Shown here piece by piece: positions 42,501-53,581 of a DNA stretch of 64,000 nt; the first letter of the stretch is position 1; each line of letters opens with the position of its first letter. A program made the translations under genes and the position numbers. Origin of the DNA: Auanema rhodensis (Eukaryota; Animalia; Nematoda); the NCBI GenBank assembly GCA_964057225.1, contig OZ059894.1:14570001-14634000 (forward strand), written 5' to 3'. The notes under the pieces were generated by a model. It was not told the origin of the DNA. It saw only the letters and a program-made list of their open reading frames with translations, and made no database searches.

Positions 42501-45500
42501 GGTCACATCGTGTACACAGCCTGAACTTTTTTGTGAACAATCTTGTGGATGGGCTTGGTATGATCCCCTTTTCCGGAAAATGGAGAGGCCCTAGCCAAAT
42601 CTAAGTCAGATATTCAGATTCTACAGATTTCAATATCCAAGTTCTCTATATTCGTTTTTTAAATAAAATCCATGATCGAGGAGAAAATCGAGGATTCACC
42701 GGTCACATCGTGTACACAGCCTGAACTTTTTTGTGAACAATCTTGTGGATGGGCTTGGTATGAACCCCTTTTCCGGAAAATGGAGAGGCCCTAGCCAAAT
42801 CTAAGTCAGATATTCAGATTCTACAGATTTTAATATCCAAGTTCTCTATATTCGTTTTTGAATAAAATCCATGATCGAGGAGAAAAACGGGGAATCACCG
42901 GTCACATCGTGTACACAGCCTGAACTTTTTTGTGAACAATCTTGTGGATGGGCTTGGTATGATCCCCTTTTCCGGAAAATGGAGAGGCCCTAGCCAAATC
43001 TAAGTCAGATATTCAGATTCTACAGATTTCAATATCCAAGTTCTCTATATTCGTTTTTGAATAAAATCCATGATCGAGGAGAAAATCGAGGATTCACCGG
43101 TCACATCGTGTACACAGCCTGAACTTTTTTGTGAACAATCTTGTGGATGGGCTTGGTATGAACCCCTTTTCCGGAAAATGGAGAGGCCCTAGCCAAATCT
43201 AAGTCAGATATTCAGATTCTACAGATTTCAATATCCAAGTTCTGTATATTCTTATTTGAATAAAATCCATGATCGAGGAGAAAAACGGGGAATCACCGGT
43301 CACATCGTGTACACAGCCTGAACTTTTTTGTGAACAATCTTGTGGATGGGCTTGGTATGAACCCCTTTTCCGGAAAATGGAGAGGCCCTAGCCAAATCTA
43401 AGTCAGATATTCAGATTCTACAGATTTCAATATCCAAGTTCTCTATATTCTTATTTGAATAAAATCCATGATCGAGGAGAAAAACGGGGAATCACCGGTC
43501 ACATCGTGTACACAGCCTGAACTTTTTTGTGAACAATCTTGTGGATGGGCTTGGTATGAACCCCTTTTCCGGAAAATGGAGAGGCCCTAGCCAAATCTAA
43601 GTCAGATATTCAGATTCTACAGATTTCAATATCCAAGTTCTCTATATTCGTTTTTGAATAAAATCCATGATCGAGGAGAAAAACGGGGAATCACCGGTCA
43701 CATCGTGTACACAGCCTGAACTTTTTTGTGAACAATCTTGTGGATGGGCTTGGTATGATCCCCTTTTCCGGAAAATGGAGAGGCCCTAGCCAAATCTAAG
43801 TCAGATATTCAGATTCTACAGATTTCAATATCCAAGTTCTCTATATTCTTATTTGAATAAAATCCATGATCGAGGAGAAAAACGGGGAATCACCGGTCAC
43901 ATCGTGTACACAGCCTGAACTTTTTTGTGAACAATCTTGTGGATGGGCTTGGTATGAACCCCTTTTCCGGAAAATGGAGAGGCCCTAGCCAAATCTAAGT
44001 CAGATATTCAGATTCTACAGATTTCAATATCCAAGTTCTCTATATTCGTTTTTGAATAAAATCCATGATCGAGGAGAAAAACGGGGAATCACCGGTCACA
44101 TCGTGTACACAGCCTGAACTTTTTTGTGAACAATCTTGTGGATGGGCTTGGTATGATCCCCTTTTCCGGAAAATGGAGAGGCCCTAGCCAAATCTAAGTC
44201 AGATATTCAGATTCTACAGATTTCAATATCCAAGTTCTCTATATTCGTTTTTGAATAAAATCCATGATCGAGGAGAAAAACGGGGAATCACCGGTCACAT
44301 CGTGTACACAGCCTGAACTTTTTTGTGAACAATCTTGTGGATGGGCTTGGTATGAACCCCTTTTCCGGAAAATGGAGAGGCCCTAGCCAAATCTAAGTCA
44401 GATATTCAGATTCTACAGATTTCAATATCCAAGTTCTCTATATTCGTTTTTGAATAAAATCCATGATCGAGGAGAAAAACGGGGAATCACCGGTCACATC
44501 GTGTACACAGCCTGAACTTTTTTGTGAACAATCTTGTGGATGGGCTTGGTATGATCCCCTTTTCCGGAAAATGGAGAGGCCCTAGCCAAATCTAAGTCAG
44601 ATATTCAGATTCTACAGATTTCAATATCCAAGTTCTCTATATTCGTTTTTTAAATAAAATCCATGATCGAGGAGAAAATCGAGGATTCACCGGTCACATC
44701 GTGTACACAGCCTGAACTTTTTTGTGAACAATCTTGTGGATGGGCTTGGTATGAACCCCTTTTCCGGAAAATGGAGAGGCCCTAGCCAAATCTAAGTCAG
44801 ATATTCAGATTCTACAGATTTTAATATCCAAGTTCTCTATATTCGTTTTTGAATAAAATCCATGATCGAGGAGAAAAACGGGGAATCACCGGTCACATCG
44901 TGTACACAGCCTGAACTTTTTTGTGAACAATCTTGTGGATGGGCTTGGTATGAACCCCTTTTCCGGAAAATGGAGAGGCCCTAGCCAAATCTAAGTCAGA
45001 TATTCAGATTCTACAGATTTCAATATCCAAGTTCTCTATATTCGTTTTTGAATAAAATCCATGATCGAGGAGAAAAACGGGGAATCACCGGTCACATCGT
45101 GTACACAGCCTGAACTTTTTTGTGAACAATCTTGTGGATGGGCTTGGTATGATCCCCTTTTCCGGAAAATGGAGAGGCCCTAGCCAAATCTAAGTCAGAT
45201 ATTCAGATTCTACAGATTTCAATATCCAAGTTCTCTATATTCGTTTTTTAAATAAAATCCATGATCGAGGGTCACCGGTCACATCGTGTACACAGCCTGA
45301 ACTTTTTTGTGAACAATCTTGTGGATGGGCTTGGTATGAACCCCTTTTCCGGAAAATGGAGAGGCCCTAGCCAAATCTAAGTCAGATATTCAGATTCTAC
45401 AGATTTCAATATCCAAGTTCTCTATATTCGTTTTTGAATAAAATCCATGATCGAGGAGAAAATCGAGGATTCACCGGTCACATCGTGTACACAGCCTGAA

Positions 45501-46504
45501 CTTTTTTGTGAACAATCTTGTGGATGGGCTTGGTATGAACCCCTTTTCCGGAAAATGGAGAGGCCCTAGCCAAATCTAAGTCAGATATTCAGATTCTACA
45601 GATTTCAATATCCAAGTTCTCTATATTCGTTTTTGAATAAAATCCATGATCGAGGAGAAAATCGAGGATTCACCGGTCACATCGTGTACACAGCCTGAAC
45701 TTTTTTGTGAACAATCTTGTGGATGGGCTTGGTATGAACCCCTTTTCCGGAAAATGGAGAGGCCCTAGCCAAATCTAAGTCAGATATTCAGATTCTACAG
45801 ATTTCAATATCCAAGTTCTCTATATTCGTTTTTGAATAAAATCCATGATCGAGGAGAAAATCGAGGATTCACCGGTCACATCGTGTACACAGCCTGAACT
45901 TTTTTGTGAACAATCTTGTGGATGGGCTTGGTATGAACCCCTTTTCCGGAAAATGGAGAGGCCCTAGCCAAATCTAAGTCAGATATTCAGATTCTACAGA
46001 TTTCAATATCCAAGTTCTCTATATTCGTTTTTGAATAAAATCCATGATCGAGGAGAAAATCGAGGATTCACCGGTCACATCGTGTACACAGCCTGAACTT
46101 TTTTGTGAACAATCTTGTGGATGGGCTTGGTATGAACCCCTTTTCCGGAAAATGGAGAGGCCCTAGCCAAATCTAAGTCAGATATTCAGATTCTACAGAT
46201 TTCAATATCCAAGTTCTCTATATTCGTTTTTGAATAAAATCCATGATCGAGGAGAAAATCGAGGATTCACCGGTCACATCGTGTACACAGCCTGAACTTT
46301 TTTGTGAACAATCTTGTGGATGGGCTTGGTATGAACCCCTTTTCCGGAAAATGGAGAGGCCCTAGCCAAATCTAAGTCAGATATTCAGATTCTACAGATT
46401 TCAATATCCAAGTTCTCTATATTCGTTTTTGAATAAAACCCATGATCGAGGAGAAAATCGAGGATTCACCGGTCACATCGTGTACACAGCCTGAACTTTT
46501 TTGT
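39565..46504 (+). repeat. 199-bp tandem satellite array, about 35 near-identical copies
   Basis: Monomer gggcttggtatgaaccccttttccggaaaatggagaggccctagccaaatctaagtcagatattcagattctacag...cagcctgaacttttttgtgaacaatcttgtggat recurs every 199 nt (e.g. 40561, 40760). Few diagnostic variants. Confidence 0.98.
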
Positions 46505-47322
46505 AATTTTTTTCTTGTTTTCTGTATATAAACAATTTCAAAAAAAAATTGACAGTCTCAGCGGCCGTTGCCAAGAGTTTAGTGTTATACTATGCTTTAG
46601 AAATTGCTCATACTATATATATCTTTTTTTAAATTTTAAATTCCTGTTACATTACTGGTCTGTGATTATTTGAAAAATTCATATTTGCTTTTAAAGAGAT
46701 TTATTTATACTATCAATATAATAATGAAATTTAATAAAAGTTTTTTTCATACTGCTAATTTTTACAAACAAATTTAAAATATTGAGCGAAGTTTGGTCCA
46801 TTTCACAATTAAAAATCTCAAAACACGGTTGTGTTCCATTTTACTTTTCTAATTCAGATTAATAATCTTAAATTAAATGTTTCAGTGCTTAGTTGACTAA
46901 TGAAGTCGGAAAAAGTTAAATAAAATGAAAAATAAAAGAAATTCAAATAATTAAAAGTAAGTTAACTAAATAAACTTCTATTTAATATAAATAAGCTTAT
47001 ATATTATTTTATAAAATAAATTAATTAAATATTTGAACCGAATTCATGATTATCAGTGGAGCGCAACTCTAAAATGTATTATTCTCTGGTATGGTTTTAA
47101 AGAAAAAATATGATTAACAATAATAAATTCAGTATTATCCACCTCAAATATATGAAATCAAATCCGTAGAACCTGAAAAACTGATCAAACTTCGAAAATA
47201 CTGTCGAATTTAGGAGATATAACGCCTTGAACATAGCCCTTATAGTAAGACTTTATTGCATTGAAGTTTATATCATATGTCCAATTTTTATTTTATCATA
47301 TAGTTACCAATTATATATAAAT

Positions 47323-47395
47323 GTGGTCAATAGTCGAAAGGATAAGATGACAGACTGACAATCAAACAGTCCAAGATCGAATCCCCTAGGCTACT
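47323..47395 (+). pseudogene. Degenerate tRNA-like sequence (tRNA pseudogene or SINE-type Pol III head)
   Basis: 73 nt: GTGGTC...GGCTAC acceptor pairing, A-box TAGTCGAAAGG, D-stem GTC/GAT, CT-GAC-AA anticodon loop, B-box-like AGATCGAATCC. The anticodon and T stems pair poorly, so it is not a functional tRNA. Confidence 0.45.
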
Positions 47396-47431
47396 GAACA
47401 GAATATAAGGTAAGACAAAGATTATAGAACT

Positions 47432-48772
47432 ATGAGCCCGAGGACTAGGAGCCGGTGAGGAGGAGCGCGAGGACCAGGAGCCCGAGGACTAGGAGCCGGT
47501 GAGGAGGAGCGCGAGGACCAGGAGCCCGAGGACAAGGAGCCGGTGAGGAGGAGCTCGAGGACCAGGAGCCCGAGGACCAGGAGCGGGAGGACAAGGAGAG
47601 GGAGGACAAGGAGCGCGAGGACAAGGAGCCCGAGGACTAGGGGCCGGTGAGGAGGAGCGCGAGTATCAGGAGCCCGAGGAGCAGGAGGAAGAGGCTAGAA
47701 CCAGGAGCCGATAAGGAGGAGCCCGAGGACCAGAAGCCCGAGGAGCAGGACGAGGAGGAGACCAGAACCAGAGCCGATGAGGAGGAGCCCGAGGAGCAGG
47801 AGCAGAGGAGGTCCAGGATGAGGATTCCGAGGAGCAGGAGAATTGAGCTTGAGGGAAGCCTTTTGCCGTCCTGGAGCCCGAGGAGGAGGAGCCGATGAAG
47901 AGAAGCCCGCAACCAGGAGCCTGAGGAGAAGCCCGCAACCAGGAGCCCGAGGAGCAGGACGAGGAGGAGACCAGAACCAGAGCCGATGAGGAGGAGCCCG
48001 AGGAGCAGGAGCAGAGGAGGTCCAGGATGAGATTTCCGAGGAGCAGGAGAATTGAGCTTGAGGGAAGCCTTTTGCCGTCCTGGAGCCCGAGGAGGAGGAG
48101 CCGATGAGGAGAAGCCCGCAACCAGGAGCCCAGAACCAGAAGGACCCAAACCAGGAGGCCGATGCGGAGGCCGAGGACCAGGAGCCCAGGATGAGGATTC
48201 TGAGGAACAGGAGCCGAGGACCAGGAGCCCGAGGAGGAGGAGGCCGATGACCAGGAGCCCAGAACCAGGAGGCCGATGAGGAGGCCGAGGAACAGGAGTC
48301 GAGGACCAGGAGCTCAGGATGAGGATTCTGAGGAATAGGAGAATTGAGCTTGAGGGAAGTCTTTTGCCTTCCTGGAGCCCGAGGAGGAGTAGCCCACAAC
48401 CACGAGTCCAGAACCAGGAACCCGAGGACCAGGAGCCCAGAACCAGAAGGACCCAAACCAGGAGGCCGATGCGGAGGCCGAGGACCAGGAGCCCAGGATG
48501 AGGATTCTGAGAAACAGGAGCCGAGGACCAGGAGCCCGAGGAGGAGGAGGCCGATGACCAGGAGCGCAGAACCAGGAGGCCGATGAGGAGGCCGAGGAAC
48601 AGGAGTCGAGGACCAGGAGCTCAGGATGAGGATTCTGAGGAATAGGAGAATTGAGCTTGAGGGAAGTCTTTTGCCTTCCTGGAGCCCGAGGAGGAGTAGC
48701 CCACAACCACGAGTCTAGAACTAGGAACCCGAGGACCAGGAGCCCAGAACCAGAAGCCCGAGGACCAGGAGA
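47432..48772 (+). repeat. GC-rich, purine-skewed complex minisatellite (15-bp GAGCCCGAGGACCAG-type units with 209-bp and 307-bp duplications)
   Basis: The + strand is very T-poor. Duplication offsets 47741/47950 (209 bp) and 48141/48448 (307 bp). Module GGAGAATTGAGCTTGAGGGAAG occurs four times. Confidence 0.92.
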
Positions 48773-48778
48773 TAAAAA

Positions 48779-49410
48779 TAATCTAAGGTTGGGTATTCAG
48801 ATGTGTAGAATCTGAATTTTCAAGTGAGATTTCGCTGGGACTTCTTTTGTTTCCGGAAAAGGGGTTTATCTCCACCCCATCCACAAGATTTGTTTACAAA
48901 AAAGTTCAGCCTGTAGTCACGTTGTGTCCGGTGAATGTCCGTTTTTCTCAAAGATCATCAACTATAATCAAATAAGAATAATCTAAGGTTGGGTATTCAG
49001 ATGTGTAGAATCTGAATAACCTAGTGAGATTTTGCTGGGACTTCTTCTGTTTCCGGTTCACCGGTCCGATCGTGTAGGCAGCCTGAACTTTTTTATAAAC
49101 ATTCTTGTGGTTGGGCTCGGTATAAACCTAATTTCTGGAAAACAGAGAAGTCCTAGCCAAATCTAAGTCAGATATTCAGATTCTACAGATTTCAATATCC
49201 AAGTTCTGTATATTCGTTTTTGAATAAAATTCATGATCGAGGAGAAAAATGGGCATTCAACGGTCCGATCGTGGGTTTATGTCGAGCCCACCCACAGGAA
49301 TGTTCATGAAAAGTTCAGGTTGTAGTCATGTTGTGTCCTGTGATTCTCGATATTGTTCGCTGATCAGCAAGAATATTCACTATTCGTAACTTGGGTATTC
49401 AGAATCTAAA
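48779..49410. repeat. Diverged copies of the 199-bp monomer in alternating orientation (inverted ~48779-49055, forward ~49058-49273, inverted ~49274-49410)
   Basis: ccggaaaaggggtttatc, catccacaagatttg and aaaaaagttcagcctgt are reverse complements of monomer segments. 49152-49250 is almost identical to the forward monomer. Confidence 0.9.
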
Positions 49411-49555
49411 TTTCGTTAATTGTGAATGAATTGAGAGTATAAGAGATTAAAGAGTACTAGAGAAATAAGGTACATATAATATATTATGAATCCGGAATAT
49501 TAATTATATAAAGTTTATTTTCTAATTCAAATAATATTTTTGTATATTTAATATA

Positions 49556-51799
49556 TTAATGAGCATAATGATCTTCAAAAACAAAGTTAAAAGGTGTGTT
49601 AACATAAAAGTTATAATATAACACTACAATTAAAATAAATAAAAAAGGGAGAATTATTCTAGAAAAACGATCAACTATTGATATTGAGTTCTCAGCTAAA
49701 CCAAATGGATCTGTCTTTCTACCCTATAAGTTGAATTTTTGAAAAAAATTAAAAATATAATAAAGACTAACATGACTTAACATCCAATAGTATAGCCTCC
49801 AACCTATGTTTTCATGTTGAAATTCTTCTAAATTAGGATGTTCATCAATTTGAATTGGGTTTGAATTTTCAGGTGTTAGAACTTTTCTTAAACTTCTAAA
49901 AGTTTTGAATTAAAATGTATCTATAAACTATGTATATATAGTTAACCTTTCGGCTCGTCTAGTTCTCTGTATCATTGAATGACGTCCACCATCTCTTCTA
50001 CTCTTCAATTAGTTTTTTAATTTAAAAGTTTATAATAAAACTTACAAACGGATCATCAGCTGCTGTTATTAACCGCTTTCCTAACGTTCTTGGTCTATTA
50101 TAGTGTCGACTACTGAAATATGATATTGATTTGATTTAAAAGAGTTAGCAATAACCTTAGGATGGCTTTCTTGGGTATACTTCGTATAAGTTGTCTCATT
50201 CGTTCTCGTTCAGCTGCTTGAATTTCTGGATCGCCCGTATTAAACTTGGTATAGTAATGCACAACAGTAAATTCGAGCATACAAATAGATAGAGTAGTAT
50301 AACATATCCATATATAAACATCCAAGGCTGTTGGAAAATCAACCTTAAACGACATTTGAATGGGAACGACGACAACATTTAACACTGACTTTCGGTGAAT
50401 CTTTCTTGCTGTCAATGGCGATCAAAACAAGAGTCAAAACAGATGTGGCTCCTAGAATTCAATGTTTTGATGTTTATATTCACATTTCAATAAAATAGTT
50501 TACCCATGCCAAGTCTTTCTCCGGAGGATTCACGATTTGTCCAGAACATAACCCAGCACATTAAAACAATCAATGTACAAGGAACATAGAAATTCATTAG
50601 AAAATAACCAAAATGTCGATCGAAATAGAATCTTGCTTCCAACACTGAGTAAGGCACTGAACAAAAAAATTTTAATTCTTCAAAACAAGTCCTCTTTTAC
50701 AGTCTCGGGAAACATTGCGAGCATCATAAGTTTCAAAACCTGTCACAGAAAACTGAGGAAGATCCGCCACAGCTTCATAATCCATCTGTAATTTAGTATA
50801 AAAATCTAAATTATATGAAAGATTTAGGATACTTGAACTCCTTTATCAGTTCCCATACTTTTCCATGAATATATAAGTTCATTAGAGCTATAGGCATATG
50901 AACCTATAAGTAGTCGACAAGCCTGTAAAAAACTTCAAAGTTATTGAAAACTCATACGAGCAACCTGTCGATCTAATGGATATCTCATCATTGCCATAGC
51001 ACATTTACCTGAGCATTTTAACATAAAAATAGAGAAAAATAAAGAAAAGAAACCTCGTATAGTAATTCGACTTGAATAGAGTACAGTGCCATCAGAAAAA
51101 AGTCGAACAAGTCGATTACTATTCGTTACCGAATGAACATATGAACGAGCTCCATTCCAAAAATACTAAAAATACAAAAATAATAAAGAAAACAAGACAA
51201 CTACGAACTGTATCTGGCTTCCATATTCGATCAAGCATTGTCATACTCAAAGATAATTGTTGATTTGGCTTTGTACTATTGAATCGAAGCCTCTCATCTG
51301 TCCAAGTTTGACGAAAATAACAATTGAACTCAAAAGTCTAAAATAGATAATGTGATGATGTAATGAATGTTTTCTCTACATCAGTCATTTCAGAAACTGG
51401 GCCCATAGTTCTAACGAAGATATCAATGAAAACAATTGTTGGCTTAGCCCCTAAATAAAAGGAAAAACTAAGAAAAAATCATGAATTTTCAGAACAAACT
51501 ATTAAATTCTGGACGAAAATGACGATCATAATCTTCTAATACAGAATTCAACAGAAATGTTACATTCTTAGTTAGTTCAGTACTTCTGAAATAAAATAAA
51601 AATAATAAAAATATATATGCAAACAAATAAAAAACCTTTTAACAATCTTCTTTCGAGGAGATGTTTCATTTAAAACATTTTTTCGGTAAATAGCATTTTC
51701 AATTCGAAATGATTGAGGTAATTGATATGGATTATTATTATTATTTGAATGAATAGATTGAAATAAAATAAATAATAATAATAATATTAAATATAACAT
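49556..51799 (-). CDS. lgc-36: Cys-loop ligand-gated ion channel subunit, GABA-A/GRD-like
   Basis: Signal peptide; DYDRHFRP; IFVRTMGPVSE; YFRQTWTDERLRF; IWKPDTYFWNG; Cys loop CAMAMMRYPLDRQAC; M1 GYFLMNFYVPCTLIVLMCWVMFW; M2; M3 PKVDFPTALDVYIWICY...EFTVVHYYTK (GRD-like); M4 NSISIVDRFSRIILP; TAA at 49558-49556. The family is certain; the symbol is my best recollection. Confidence 0.88.
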
Positions 51800-53581
51800 G
51801 AAAGATGTTTAAAATATCACAGAATATTGTGAATCTTATACTATTTATAACATAAATATAGAAAAGGCTATAACATTCTGCGTTGAAATCATAACCTCAA
51901 GGGAGTTTTGAAAAAGAATGTGATGAAAGGAACACATAATCAGCTATAACATTCTCTTGGGATTTTCCTTCTTTTGCATCTTATACGTCATTGACTATCT
52001 TTTAGTTTTTTTTCCACAAATATCAATATATTATTTCTAAATAACTTTTAAAAATTATGTTAATACGGTATAAAAATATTATTATTTTAAAAATTTGAAT
52101 CAATAAAAACTAAAAATATTGTTTTTCAATTTATCTTCAGATTTATATGTTATAGTATATTATAATTTATATTCTTTTTTTTAATAAATATAATGCTAAT
52201 TATTATTTTTATTATTATGAATATAATATTATATTGTTATAACTCAAATTGTCTTTGGATAATATAATGAATACAGTCCTGTACAATGAACGTCGGACAC
52301 TCTAATTTTTTTCTTTGAAGCTTCAGAAAATCCATCCAAACCACAACATTCAATAAATTTTGATTAGAATTTGTTGTAGTTTCTGTGAAAAGATATGAGG
52401 GTTTCTAATGAGTGTCTCACTTTCATAGCATACGATTTAGTTATGAAAGTTTATTAAAGTTACTATTTTTACAGAAAGATTTTAAAATATATTATATATT
52501 TACTTGAAAATATTCAATTTACAATATAAATATAATTTGGATAATTTAATATATAAAAGCTGAAGTAATTCCTTATTTCTTCGGTGGATATGTATTCCAA
52601 ATTAGAAATTGAAATCTGTATATTTACAAAAGTATCAAATTTCTTATCCTTTGTAATATTACTTCATATTTTTTGAAAATAGGAGATTACGTTCAATTAA
52701 TTTCATTTTCTTAATTTTTAATAAATAATTTCTTTCAGTATTTTTGAAAAATTGAACAGTTTACCAAAATAAAGAAATAATTAGTTTTTCTTTATAAAAT
52801 ATATTTTTTAAATTATTTAAAAGATATTTATATTAATATATTATATTCAAAACTTTATTTTAAAATTTTTTAACAATTCCCGCCACAAAATATAATATTA
52901 TATATTCAAAAATTACTGTAGATTTCACGTCAAAATTCAAGCATCCATCTACACGTCATGAACATTATCTTCTTTATCACTTTTTATTTTCTAATTATCA
53001 CATATGATATGGATATATTACATTCTAAGCATCTTCAGCATACATTCAGTTTTAGATAATATTTCACAATATTGCGACACAATCACATAACCATGTAACA
53101 GGTTTTTCTTGTCAAAATATTTTTTTATCACATATTTTCATAGAACTATGAAATAAACTTGACAGAGTATATGTTTGATTATAATATATCTCAACTTATA
53201 TTATAAACATAAATAATAATATAAGAAATAATTTTTGATTTTTTATTTTAAAAAAAGAAAAAATAATCGAAAATATTGATAAAATGTATCTATGTACATA
53301 GTATAAACTACATATATGACGTTTGATTAGTATTCTTTATCATAATTTTTCTTTTTTTTCCTAAATTTCTTTATTTTATCATGTATATTTATACATTATT
53401 ATATGACTAATTATATAGATAAATCATAAAATGTAACCATATAAGTATATTATTTATCTTTTGGTTCATGGAGATCATTTTCAACACACAAAAATTATAT
53501 TAAAATAATGTTTTTATTTAATTTATGACAAATAAAATGATTATAATACCTATATTCTATAAAAATTTATTCGTTTTTCTA

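Noticed and set aside
39565-46504. CRISPR array, or 5S/SL/snRNA gene cluster
   Set aside because: Monomers are contiguous with no unique spacers and the host is eukaryotic. I saw no SL leader (GGTTTAATTACCC), 5S or snRNA sequence in the unit.
47637-48706. Long ORFs (up to 253 aa) on both strands in the GC-rich repeat
   Set aside because: By-products of stop-poor repetitive sequence: overlapping in several frames, low complexity, frameshifted, no splice support.
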